A stretch of DNA of 64,000 bases from contig CATLLN010000006.1 in the NCBI GenBank assembly GCA_950022695.1, forward strand, positions 12,216 through 76,215, read 5' to 3'. The DNA is from an uncultured bacterium (GTDB lineage: Bacteria; Cyanobacteriota; Vampirovibrionia; Gastranaerophilales; Gastranaerophilaceae). This document shows positions 46,997 to 56,661 of this stretch, piece after piece; positions within the stretch are counted from its first letter, which is position 1, and each line of letters starts with the position of its first letter. The notes below the pieces were generated by a model. The model saw only the letters and a list, made by a program, of their open reading frames with translations. It ran no database searches and was not told where the DNA came from. Both the position numbers and the translations under genes were made by a program.

Positions 46997-48367
46997 TTAA
47001 GCTCTGCCGTACATATCTTCGTAGCGAATAATATCATCTTCTGATAAAATATCACCTTTTTGTACTTCAATAATCTCAATATCTTCATCAAACGGGTTTT
47101 GAAGTGAGTGGATTGCTTTTACTGCAATATCTATGCTGTGACCTGGTGAAAGAATATGTTCTTTACCTTCCAAAACTACTTTTGCCATGCCTGATAATAC
47201 AACCCAGTGTTCGCTTCTGTGATTATGAGATTGTACAGAAAGTTTTTGACCAACATTTACGTGAATTAGTTTTGTCTGGAATCCTTTACCTTCTGCTATT
47301 ACGGTATAAAATCCCCACGGACGGTATACTGTTTTATGAACCATTTGTGTGCCGTCATGCTGTTCTTTTAATGTTTCATAAATCTGTTTTACTTCTTGTG
47401 TTTTGTCTTTTTTACAAGCAAGAATCGCATCTTCTGTTTCAATCACAACAGTATCTTCTAAGCCAATAGTTGCAACAAGTTTTGATGATGAATAAACAAA
47501 AGAATTTTTGGAGCCTTTATCTAATACATGACCTACAAAAACGTTATTATCAGAATCTTTTGGGCTAACTTCATAAATAGACTGCCAAGAGCCTAAATCT
47601 TTCCAATCTGATGCCAATTCAACCATTGCAATATTTTTACTTTTTTCCATCAAAGCATAATCTATTGAAATATTCGGCATTTTTTCAAATTCTGTAAAAG
47701 ATATAGATTTTTCTGTACAATTTATATTTTTAATAATTGTAGAAATTTCAGGACAGTAATGTTCTAATTCTTTGATAATTGTAGAAACTTTGAACATAAA
47801 AATTCCGCTATTCCAGAAATAACCGCCATCATTTAAATATTTTTCTGCCGTTTCCAAATTTGGTTTTTCACAAAATTCTACAACATGACTATCAACAGAT
47901 TTAATATAACCATAACCTGTTTCAGCATAAGACGGTTTTACACCAAAAGTAACTATTTTACCTTGTTCAACAAATTTTTCTGCTTCTTTTACGGATTGTA
48001 TAAATTTTTCATTATCTTCAATCAATAAATCAGACGGAACAACTAATACTGTTTCATCATCATCACTGTTTTCAATAATATATTTTACAGATAATGCTAT
48101 AGCAGGTGCTGTATTTTTTGAAACAGGTTCAGGTAAAACTATTGAATTTCCGTTAAATTTATCAAGCTGCATTTTAACATTAGCGTGATGTTTAGAGTTT
48201 GTCACACTGATAATATTTGTTGACGGTATAAATTTATTTAATCTTTCAAAAGTTGACTGCAACAAACTTTTTTCAGCATATAAATTTAAAAGCTGTTTCG
48301 GGTACAATTCTCTTGATAAAGGCCATAATCTGCTGCCTGAACCTCCTGCAAGTATAACTCCAAACAT
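46997..48367 (-). CDS. manC: mannose-1-phosphate guanylyltransferase / mannose-6-phosphate isomerase (bifunctional type II PMI-GMP)
   Basis: ILAGGSGSRLWPLSR N-terminus; C-terminal cupin RPWGFY...VQSHNHRSEHWVV. Confidence 0.9.
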   Translation of the reverse strand: MFGVILAGGSGSRLWPLSRELYPKQLLNLYAEKSLLQSTFERLNKFIPSTNIISVTNSKHHANVKMQLDKFNGNSIVLPEPVSKNTAPAIALSVKYIIENSDDDETVLVVPSDLLIEDNEKFIQSVKEAEKFVEQGKIVTFGVKPSYAETGYGYIKSVDSHVVEFCEKPNLETAEKYLNDGGYFWNSGIFMFKVSTIIKELEHYCPEISTIIKNINCTEKSISFTEFEKMPNISIDYALMEKSKNIAMVELASDWKDLGSWQSIYEVSPKDSDNNVFVGHVLDKGSKNSFVYSSSKLVATIGLEDTVVIETEDAILACKKDKTQEVKQIYETLKEQHDGTQMVHKTVYRPWGFYTVIAEGKGFQTKLIHVNVGQKLSVQSHNHRSEHWVVLSGMAKVVLEGKEHILSPGHSIDIAVKAIHSLQNPFDEDIEIIEVQKGDILSEDDIIRYEDMYGRA

Positions 48368-48414
48368 TTCCTGCTCCTTTTCTTATCCCTTAATAAGATT
48401 ATACTATAAAAAGA

Positions 48415-49998
48415 TTATTTTTGCTCTGCATTATTACGTTTAAATAACAATAACAAAGGAATCAACATAAAACACAGCAAGCCAAAGATTCTAAATGAAT
48501 CCATAAATGCCCATAAACTTGATTGTTTTAATAAAGTTCCATACTGAGAATATTCAGCCATATGTTTTGCAACAGTTACATGTGTATATTGTGACAAAGC
48601 AGCTGTTGTGGATTGTACTCTTTCTACAAATACCGGGTTAAGTTCACTTAATTTTCCAACCATCATAAATTGATGCATTTGCCCGAATCTTGTAATCATT
48701 GTTGCAACAAGTGATGTTCCTATTGCACTGCCGATATTTTTCAACAGGTTTTGAAGCCCTGTAGCGTTTGTCATTTGAACATTCGACATTGTTTCCATTG
48801 AAAGGTTTATGATAGGAACAAATGATAATCCCATACCCAAGCCCATAATGAAATTAGGTATCATAATGTTAATACTTGATATTTGAAGATTTAAAAATCC
48901 TAAAACCAATCCGGCTACACCTAACAAAAACAAACCTATACCTACAAGATATCTTTTATCAACTTTGTCTGCTATAAATGCGCAAATTATAGTTGCGGTC
49001 ATACATCCAACACCTCTTGGCATCATTGAAAAACCGCTTAAAAATGCAGTATATCCCATCATACTTTGTAAAAATTGCGGCAAAATAGCTAAAGATGCAT
49101 ATAATACAGCTTGCATAACAACTTGAATAATAGTACCAATTACAAAGTTTCTATCTTTAAACACACTTAAATCAACAAGAGTATTTTTACGAACAATTTG
49201 TGAAATAAAGAAACAAATTCCCGAAACGCAAGATACTCCAAATAACCAGCAAATCCAGGTAGCATTAAACCAGTCTGCATTATTACCTTTATCAAAAAAT
49301 ACTTGCAAACATAATAACCAAACTGCTAAGAAAAAGAATCCTAAACTATCAATTTTTACATTTTTTTGACGTAATGAATACGGGGGATTAAATAGAAGTT
49401 TTTGAGATAATACAGCAGCAAGACAGCCAAAAGGTACATTTATATAAAATATCCACGGCCAAGTCCAATTATCAGTAATCCATCCGCCTAATACAGGTCC
49501 AACGATTGGTGCAACAATAATTCCCATACCAAATATTGCCATTGCTGTACCACGTTTTTCTTTAGGGAAACTTTCCATCATAATAGCTTGAGAAATCGGT
49601 AAAATTCCGCCGCCGCCTGCGCCTTGTAAAACCCTGAAAATTACCATTTGTCCAAGATTTTGTGCCATACCGCAAAGCATAGAAGCAACAGTAAATATTA
49701 AAATACTTATTACATAAAAATTCTTTCTTCCAAAAAGCTTACTGAAAAAATCAACCGATGGAATAATTACACCACTGGCAATTAAGTAACTTGTCAAAAT
49801 CCATATACTTTCATCACGTGTAGCAGAAAAACTACCTGCCATATGCGGCAAAGCTACGTTTGCAATCGTACCGTCAAGTACATATATAAATACGGCAAGC
49901 ATTGTTGGAATAGCCGAAATCCACGGATTCTCGGGTAAATATTTACTATCATCATCTGTTTGCGAAACAGAATTATCTTTTAAAACTTCTTCTGACAT
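48415..49998 (-). CDS. emrB: DHA2-family MFS multidrug efflux transporter (EmrB/QacA type, 14 TMS)
   Basis: LDGTIANVALPHM, RVLQGAGGGG motifs; adjacent HlyD-type adaptor. Confidence 0.85.
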   Translation of the reverse strand: MSEEVLKDNSVSQTDDDSKYLPENPWISAIPTMLAVFIYVLDGTIANVALPHMAGSFSATRDESIWILTSYLIASGVIIPSVDFFSKLFGRKNFYVISILIFTVASMLCGMAQNLGQMVIFRVLQGAGGGGILPISQAIMMESFPKEKRGTAMAIFGMGIIVAPIVGPVLGGWITDNWTWPWIFYINVPFGCLAAVLSQKLLFNPPYSLRQKNVKIDSLGFFFLAVWLLCLQVFFDKGNNADWFNATWICWLFGVSCVSGICFFISQIVRKNTLVDLSVFKDRNFVIGTIIQVVMQAVLYASLAILPQFLQSMMGYTAFLSGFSMMPRGVGCMTATIICAFIADKVDKRYLVGIGLFLLGVAGLVLGFLNLQISSINIMIPNFIMGLGMGLSFVPIINLSMETMSNVQMTNATGLQNLLKNIGSAIGTSLVATMITRFGQMHQFMMVGKLSELNPVFVERVQSTTAALSQYTHVTVAKHMAEYSQYGTLLKQSSLWAFMDSFRIFGLLCFMLIPLLLLFKRNNAEQK

Positions 49999-50056
49999 TT
50001 TTCCTCTATTACGGCATCTGGTGCGCCGAAAACATTGTTTTCGGCGTTATAAACTA

Positions 50057-51052
50057 TTATTTTACTTTAACTTTTGGAACAACTGACATTCCAGGAACAA
50101 TATTGTATTTAGATGTATCAATTTCTTCCGTAAATACAATTTTAACAGGAATTCTTTGTACAATTTTTACAAATGAACCAACAGCATTTTCAGGCGGGAA
50201 TAAACTAGACTTAGCACCTGATGCTCTTTGAATACTATCAATTTTACCTTTAAAAACCTTACCGGGATATGTATCAATTTTAATATCAACTGGTTGACCG
50301 GGTTTTATATTTGTTAATTGGTTTTCTTTAAAGTTTGCAACAATCCATACTTCTTCAGGAACTAAAGTAAACAAAGGTGCTCCTGCTGTAACATACATAC
50401 CTTTTTCAACTCTGCGGGATGATACTGTTCCGGCTTGCGGAGCGTAAATTTTTGTATAAGATAAATCCAAAGCAGCTTTATCTTTTGAAGCTTTTGCACT
50501 TCTTAAATTTGCATCTGCAACTGTTTTTCCGTTTTTATCAGAAAATAAAGCCTGATTTGCCTGTGTTAAGCTTGCTTGAGCAGTATCATATTTTACTACT
50601 GCTGCATCATATGTTTGTTTAGATACAGCACCTTGTTCGTACAAATTTTTATATCTGTCTAAATCTTTCTTTGCTAAATCTATATTTGATTGTGCAGCGT
50701 TTAAATTTGCCTTAGCGTTAGATTGATCAAGTTTAATTTTTTCATAAGTTGATTCTGCTTGTTCTAATTTTATTTTATAGTCTGCATCATCAATAACTGC
50801 AACTAAATCGCCTTCATTAACATGCTGATTATCTGTTACATAAACTTCTTCAATTTGACCTGATACGCGTGGTGCAACATTTACTGTTGTTGTTTCAACA
50901 TAAGCATCGTCTGTTGACTGATATTGCATTTCACGTATTGCATATAATGTAACCAAAGCTATTGCAACAATTGCTATTACACCTGTTATTGTTCTTTTTA
51001 TACCTTTAGGTTTTTTAATTTCTTCAGCATTCTGTTGTTCTTGATTTTCCAT
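50057..51052 (-). CDS. emrA: HlyD-family membrane fusion protein (EmrA-like)
   Basis: N-terminal TM anchor, lipoyl-like segments flanking a long coiled coil, beta-barrel C-terminus (IVQRIPVKI). Confidence 0.85.
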   Translation of the reverse strand: MENQEQQNAEEIKKPKGIKRTITGVIAIVAIALVTLYAIREMQYQSTDDAYVETTTVNVAPRVSGQIEEVYVTDNQHVNEGDLVAVIDDADYKIKLEQAESTYEKIKLDQSNAKANLNAAQSNIDLAKKDLDRYKNLYEQGAVSKQTYDAAVVKYDTAQASLTQANQALFSDKNGKTVADANLRSAKASKDKAALDLSYTKIYAPQAGTVSSRRVEKGMYVTAGAPLFTLVPEEVWIVANFKENQLTNIKPGQPVDIKIDTYPGKVFKGKIDSIQRASGAKSSLFPPENAVGSFVKIVQRIPVKIVFTEEIDTSKYNIVPGMSVVPKVKVK

Positions 51053-51063
51053 GTTTTAACCTC

Positions 51064-51525
51064 TTATATTTTCATTTCTACTTCTTTTTCTAAACTTTCT
51101 CTAAATCTAATCATTAATTCTTTAAGTTTATTTTTATCTTCATCAGAAAAAATTTTTGGTAAATTACTAATATATTCCCTCAATCTTTCAGATGTTTCTT
51201 CCGTAACTTTTCTGCCTGTATCAGTAATTCTCATTCTTCTGACAAGTCTGTTATTTTTTGTATCTGCAAACCGTTCTATATATCCCTTCCCTTCCAGAGA
51301 ATCCAAAATTCTGCCGGTATTTGGACGGTCTTTTAATATTAATTTTGCCAACTCCCTTTGACAAATATTATCATGCATCATTATAACATCCAAAGCATAA
51401 AACTCATCAGGTGAAATAGACATATTCAGTTTTTGAAAAACCTGCACACCTAAAAATCGGCAATACTTTGCTGTTTGCTCAAATTGATAAAATATAGAAT
51501 CAGTATAGTGTTCACATTTATACAT
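51064..51525 (-). CDS. MarR-family transcriptional regulator
   Basis: Winged-helix core QRELAKLILKDRPNTGRILDSLEGKGYIER...D.R; heads the efflux operon. Confidence 0.8.
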   Translation of the reverse strand: MYKCEHYTDSIFYQFEQTAKYCRFLGVQVFQKLNMSISPDEFYALDVIMMHDNICQRELAKLILKDRPNTGRILDSLEGKGYIERFADTKNNRLVRRMRITDTGRKVTEETSERLREYISNLPKIFSDEDKNKLKELMIRFRESLEKEVEMKI

Positions 51526-51549
51526 CTTTAGATTTAGAATTTTCTCTAC

Positions 51550-51579
51550 GTTGCAAAAATTATATGTTGCATTTGCAAC
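51550..51579. promoter_or_regulatory. candidate MarR operator in the marR / tolC-like divergent region
   Basis: Perfect palindrome GTTGCA-TT-TGCAAC (51566-51579) plus an additional half-site GTTGCAAA (51550-51557). Confidence 0.45.
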
Positions 51580-51608
51580 AATATTATGTTATCATACTGA
51601 TATAGAAA

Positions 51609-53036
51609 TTGCAAGTAAATATTTTTAGAAGGATTAAAACATTGAAAAAGACCATAATTACACTACTATTAGCAAGTTTTATATTAACAGAAATATCACC
51701 TGCGGCTTTCGCAATCAGCGGGAAAAATAGTGAACCTAAAAAAGTTTCTATATCAAAATCACATAAACAAAGAGCTAAAAGTGATGTTTTTAAATATGAA
51801 TATATTAATTATAACTGGTGGAGCAATTTTAATGATGATATTTTAAACGGTTATATTGATAAAGCAATTAAAAATAATTATGACTTAAAAATGGCAACAA
51901 TTGCTGTTGATGAATACTATCAGGCTGTAAAAATCCAGTTTGCAAATGAATTACCATCAGCAAATGTCGGTTTTGGTGCAGGTTATTCAAAAATGCCTTA
52001 TACAACCAATTCTGACTGGGGATTTTCAACTCCTGCCTTTGCAAGTTATGAACTTGATTTATTTCTAAAAAACAGAGATAAAACAAAAGCTTCTAAAAAA
52101 GATTACGAAGCTTCATTACAAGATGAACGCGCTGCATATATATCTATTGCTTCTGCTGTTGGTACAACTTATTTAAATATTGTTAAACTTGATAAAATGA
52201 TTGAACTTCAAGAAGAAATTGTTCAAGATAGAAAGTTAATTTATGATTTAATGCTTGCAAGAAATAAAGAAGGTTTAACTTCTACTGCAGATACCGTAAA
52301 AGCAAACAAATCATATATTGCAGGAAATACTGATCTTACCGAATACAAAAAACAAAGAACAAAATTATTAAATCAACTTGCTGTTTTAATCGGCGAAAAT
52401 CCTAATAATTCTGATAGTTTAACCAGAACAAGTTATGATAATTTGAATTATACAGGAATAATTCCTGCTGAAATTCCATCAGAAATTATCACAACAAGAC
52501 CAGATTATATTAAAGCCGAACAAATGGTTGAAAAAGCCGGAATAAACGTAAGAGTTGCTAAAAAAGAATTTTTACCGTCAATAAATCTTATGGGTCTTGC
52601 ATTTTTCTTAGCAAATGATTTCGGAAGTATTTGGACAACAAAAAACGCTCTTGCTATGCTTGGTGGTGGATTAAACCTGCCGATTTTCACAGGCGGAAGA
52701 AGACGTGCTAATTTAAAACTTAAAAAAGACGAATATGAAAGAATTTTAAATAATTATTATAAAACAAATTTAACTGCTATCCAAGAAGTTAATGATGCTC
52801 TTGTTTCAATAAAACTTGACGAGCAAAAGCTTCAAGATACAAAAAAACAAGCACAACTTGAACAAGAAGATTTCGGATACAGTACAAATAAATACAATCA
52901 GGGAACTATTTCAAAACTTGATTTAGTTCAGGTAAAAGAAAATGTTTTATTCACAGACAAAATGGTTGTAAATGATAAAATTAACTGCCTTGTTAATTAT
53001 ATTGGATTATATAAAGCAACAGGCAGTCAATTATAA
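51609..53036 (+). CDS. TolC/OprM-like outer membrane efflux channel
   Basis: Signal sequence; two-fold repeat of coiled-coil/beta segments (LPSANVGFGAGYS ; LPSINLMGLAF). TTG start is uncertain. Confidence 0.8.
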   Translation: MQVNIFRRIKTLKKTIITLLLASFILTEISPAAFAISGKNSEPKKVSISKSHKQRAKSDVFKYEYINYNWWSNFNDDILNGYIDKAIKNNYDLKMATIAVDEYYQAVKIQFANELPSANVGFGAGYSKMPYTTNSDWGFSTPAFASYELDLFLKNRDKTKASKKDYEASLQDERAAYISIASAVGTTYLNIVKLDKMIELQEEIVQDRKLIYDLMLARNKEGLTSTADTVKANKSYIAGNTDLTEYKKQRTKLLNQLAVLIGENPNNSDSLTRTSYDNLNYTGIIPAEIPSEIITTRPDYIKAEQMVEKAGINVRVAKKEFLPSINLMGLAFFLANDFGSIWTTKNALAMLGGGLNLPIFTGGRRRANLKLKKDEYERILNNYYKTNLTAIQEVNDALVSIKLDEQKLQDTKKQAQLEQEDFGYSTNKYNQGTISKLDLVQVKENVLFTDKMVVNDKINCLVNYIGLYKATGSQL

Positions 53037-53078
53037 AAAGCTAATTCAAAAATCTTAATCATATTTTTACTTACTAAG

Positions 53079-53110
53079 ACCGGTATTTTTCCCAATACCG
53101 GATTTTTTTT
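53079..53110 (+). terminator. rho-independent terminator of the tolC-like gene
   Basis: ACCGGTATT-tttccc-AATACCGG then ATTTTTTTT. Confidence 0.75.
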
Positions 53111-53190
53111 GGGGTAAATGTTGTTACCAAATATTTCCAAGTCATTTCAACAGCTCAGCTTCTGAGCGAATTTGCATACGGATGTTACCA

Positions 53191-54225
53191 CTATGCTATT
53201 TCAACAATCCAGCCTTCCGGTGCTTCTATTTTGCCAGATTGGATTCCTGTTAAAGTTTCATAAAGTTTTTTAGAAATCGGTCCCATTTCATCCATACCTG
53301 ACGGTAAACAAATCTCTTTACCGTGATCAACAATTTTACCGACAGGAGAAATTACAGCAGCAGTACCACAAAGTCCACATTCAGCAAAATCTGATAGTTC
53401 TGATAAATAAACTTCTCTTTCTTCTGTTTCCAAACCTAAATATTCTTTTGCTACATACATCAATGAACGTCTTGTAATAGACGGCAAAATTGTATCAGAT
53501 TTTGGTGTAACAACTTTATTATCTTTAGTTACAAAGAAGAAATTAGCTCCACCTGTTTCTTCGACTTTTGTACGGGTCAAAGCATCAGGATAAAGATTTT
53601 CATCATAACCTTCTTTATGCGCTGTTACTATTGCATGCAAACTCATAGCGTAATTCAAACCTGCTTTTACATGACCTGTTCCGTTTGGTGCAGCACGGTC
53701 AAAATCACTTACTTTTAATGTAATAGGTTTTGCTCCGCCTTTAAAATATGGTCCGACAGGAGATGCAAAAATTCTAAACTGATATTCTGCAGCTGGCTTT
53801 ACACCCATAACCGGAGACGAACCAAATAAAAACGGTCTTAAATACAATGATGCACCTGTTCCATATGGCGGAACATATTTTAAATTAGCTTTAACAACTT
53901 CTTTAACTGCTTCAATAAATCTTTCTTGTGGAAATGGTGTCATTTCTAATCTTTGTGCAGTTTCATACATTCTTTGAGCGTTCATATCAGGACGGAAAAC
54001 TACAACTTTGCCATCAACTGTTGTATAAGCTTTCATACCTTCAAAACAAGTTTGAGCATATTGTAAAACTCCGGCACTTTCATTTAATACAATATTTTCA
54101 TCCCCTGTTAAAGTACCTTCATCCCATTTTCCGTTTACGAAATTTGAAACATATCTTTTATCGGTTTTATAATATCCAAAACCTAAATTTGACCAATCTA
54201 TATTGGCTTTTTCCATAGTAGCCAT
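53191..54225 (-). CDS. ilvE: branched-chain amino acid aminotransferase (class IV PLP fold)
   Basis: QTCFEGMKAY, YLRPF, GTGHVKAGLNY, GGANFFFV, ILPSITR motifs. Confidence 0.9.
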   Translation of the reverse strand: MATMEKANIDWSNLGFGYYKTDKRYVSNFVNGKWDEGTLTGDENIVLNESAGVLQYAQTCFEGMKAYTTVDGKVVVFRPDMNAQRMYETAQRLEMTPFPQERFIEAVKEVVKANLKYVPPYGTGASLYLRPFLFGSSPVMGVKPAAEYQFRIFASPVGPYFKGGAKPITLKVSDFDRAAPNGTGHVKAGLNYAMSLHAIVTAHKEGYDENLYPDALTRTKVEETGGANFFFVTKDNKVVTPKSDTILPSITRRSLMYVAKEYLGLETEEREVYLSELSDFAECGLCGTAAVISPVGKIVDHGKEICLPSGMDEMGPISKKLYETLTGIQSGKIEAPEGWIVEIA

Positions 54226-54397
54226 AAAACACTCCTTCTATAACTTAAAGCTATATATATTTTAGCATAAAAACTATTTAATATTTTTCAAAACAATATA
54301 TGCTGTTTTTAGCTTTTCATAATCGTTTTAATTAAACACATCTCAATGACATTGTTGCAATATTTAATGCCTTAACTAATTTTTTTCTGACTAAACC

Positions 54398-55519
54398 CTA
54401 TCTGATTTGAACAGGCATAATCAAACAGATAAAGTCGTCTTCACTGTTTGGTTTTAAAACAGTTGCTGATAAACTTGCATTTAATCCGATTACAACTTCA
54501 TCACTTTCAATTATTCTCAATGCATCAAGAACAAATTTGTAGTTAAAAGCAATAAGTAATTCTTCAGCTGTATATTGGATATCAATTTTATCTTCTGATT
54601 TACCTGAATCCGGAGTATCTGCTGATAGTGTTAACTCATTATCTGCAAAAAGCATCTTAACAATACTTGTTTTATCGTTAACCATAACAGAAACTCTTTC
54701 AAGTGCTGCTATAAGTTGAGATACATTTACTATTGCTTGTTTTGGACTTTCTGAAGGTATAAGTTGATTATACTTAGGGAACTGACCTTCAAGAAGTCTT
54801 GAAATTGTAAGAGTTTTTTCGGTTTTTAAAACAATTGTTGATTTATCTTTGCAGATTTTTATTGTTTCATCATCAATAAATGCACCCATTTTCATGAATT
54901 CATTTAATGTACGAGATGGAATAATCAATTGAGTTTGCTCTGTTATATCAGAATTAATTTTTTCTCTTACACGAGCAAGTCTGTTACCATCAGTTGAAGC
55001 AATTTCTAAAATTCCGTTTGAAAAATCACAAACAATACCTGATAAAAGATTACTTACTTCATAGCTTGCTGCTGCAAAACCAGCTTGTCTTATAGCTTTC
55101 AAAAACGGTTTTAATTCAACATCAAAACATTTTGTTTCATCCATTTCGTAATTTGTAACTTCCGGTGGAAATTCATTTGCTGAAATACCTATAATATCGA
55201 ATTTTGATTTATTGCAAGAGATATTTACATTTGTACCATTTTCTTCCATTTCAAAAGTAACTAAATCATTACCGAGTTTTGAAACGATTTCGTTTAATTT
55301 TTTAGCAGGAAGAGTAATTTTTCCCATTTCTTCAATTTGAGCATCAACAGTTGTAGTTACTGTTAAAACTAAATCTGTCGCTGTTAATCTGATTGAATTG
55401 TTTTCTAAAGTTTCAATCAAAATATTGTATAAAACAGGCTGAACTGCTTTTTGAGATGTTGCACGTTCTACAATCTTAATTCCGTTATATAAATCCTCTT
55501 TTCTGATAATAAATTTCAT
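54398..55519 (-). CDS. dnaN: DNA polymerase III beta sliding clamp
   Basis: MKFIIRKEDLYNGIKIVERATS...PVLYNILIE N-terminus, three-domain length, C-terminal LIMPVQIR. Confidence 0.9.
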   Translation of the reverse strand: MKFIIRKEDLYNGIKIVERATSQKAVQPVLYNILIETLENNSIRLTATDLVLTVTTTVDAQIEEMGKITLPAKKLNEIVSKLGNDLVTFEMEENGTNVNISCNKSKFDIIGISANEFPPEVTNYEMDETKCFDVELKPFLKAIRQAGFAAASYEVSNLLSGIVCDFSNGILEIASTDGNRLARVREKINSDITEQTQLIIPSRTLNEFMKMGAFIDDETIKICKDKSTIVLKTEKTLTISRLLEGQFPKYNQLIPSESPKQAIVNVSQLIAALERVSVMVNDKTSIVKMLFADNELTLSADTPDSGKSEDKIDIQYTAEELLIAFNYKFVLDALRIIESDEVVIGLNASLSATVLKPNSEDDFICLIMPVQIR

Positions 55520-55622
55520 ATCCCTGCTCCTATAAGTTATCTTTTACAATAATTATAGGATAAAGACATTAAAAAATAAATTAAAATCAATAATTATCAG
55601 AAATATTCTGTTACACAATAAA

Positions 55623-56273
55623 CTAATAAGTTATTGTCCAGTTATTTCTTAAAATTTCAGAAATACAATAAGAGCCCATACCACTTTTACAGTCAGTTAT
55701 AGATGTTTCTTTATTATATTCTTCACCGGTAGCTTCATACCAACCCATTATTTTACCTTTTTCTGATATAAAAAATTCAAATACATCTCTGCCAACTATA
55801 TTTGGTTTATCTTTTCCGTTCATATCAATATAAAATCTACCAAAAGTCTTATCATCATTTGTTGTATATCCATTATCAAGTTTATAAGTTAAAACAGTTC
55901 CATTTTTTAAAACAACTGTTTTACCATCAGGTGGAAAAAGATTTGTTTCGCTCATATCTGATATTTGTTTATATTTATTTGACCAACAATCAGCTGCTGT
56001 ATTACATAATTTAGCTATTTGAAAGTTTTTTTCTTGCAATAATTTTTGAGGATCTGAAAAATCTGTATCTAATAAAGATTTAGATTTTTTTATAGTTAAC
56101 TGGTTACCTGCTAAAGTTTGAATAGCTGTTATTGTACTTTTTAATTGAGTAACCATTTGTTTTCTATTTAAGTTTCCCATTAATGACGGTATAGATAAAG
56201 CTGCTATCGCTCCAATTATTGTTAAAGCAATAAGCAATTCTGTTAGAGTAAAACCAATCTTTTTATTTAACAT
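55623..56273 (-). CDS. prepilin-type N-terminal cleavage/methylation domain protein
   Basis: MLNKKIGFTLTELLIALTIIGAIAALSIPS; IDMNGKDKPNIVGRDVFEF; C-terminal NNWTITY, as in the 12015-14149 paralogues. Confidence 0.75.
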   Translation of the reverse strand: MLNKKIGFTLTELLIALTIIGAIAALSIPSLMGNLNRKQMVTQLKSTITAIQTLAGNQLTIKKSKSLLDTDFSDPQKLLQEKNFQIAKLCNTAADCWSNKYKQISDMSETNLFPPDGKTVVLKNGTVLTYKLDNGYTTNDDKTFGRFYIDMNGKDKPNIVGRDVFEFFISEKGKIMGWYEATGEEYNKETSITDCKSGMGSYCISEILRNNWTITY

Positions 56274-56284
56274 CCAAAATATCC

Positions 56285-56650
56285 TCTTGTTTAATTCAAA
56301 CTTTATTCTTTTATTATAATATATTTTCTAATCGAATACAAATTTATAAATGACATTCTTTTTTTGAATCTATATATAATAATATATATTTAAATAAATA
56401 TATTAATATAATATTCTTCATGATAGTAACGTGTCAATATTTGTAGAAAACTACGAAAACAATGACTATTAGATAATTACAGGTTGTAGAAAAATTGTAG
56501 AAAAGTTTTTATAATTTTTAGATAAAATGTAGAAAACATTTATTTTATAATTATTAAACAATAAAATGTAGAAAACTTTTATTTTTCTACAATTTATAAA
56601 CATAGTTTTCTACAATAATATTTATAATATAATATTTTTTGTACGTTAAT
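56285..56650. other. candidate chromosomal replication origin (DnaA-box-like repeat cluster plus AT-rich unwinding tract)
   Basis: Seven exact copies of TTTTCTACA. Five read TGTAGAAAA on the plus strand at 56442, 56485, 56496, 56528 and 56567; two read TTTTCTACA at 56583 and 56606. Adjacent nearly pure A/T tract 56290-56420; ~0.8 kb from dnaN. Confidence 0.45.
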
Positions 56651-56661
56651 TGGAGAAATAT

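Noticed and set aside
56442-56614. TGTAGAAAA repeat cluster considered as a CRISPR array or tandem satellite
   Set aside because: The repeats are only 9 nt long, irregularly spaced (2-34 nt) and in both orientations, and there are no cas genes. This fits protein-binding boxes rather than CRISPR.
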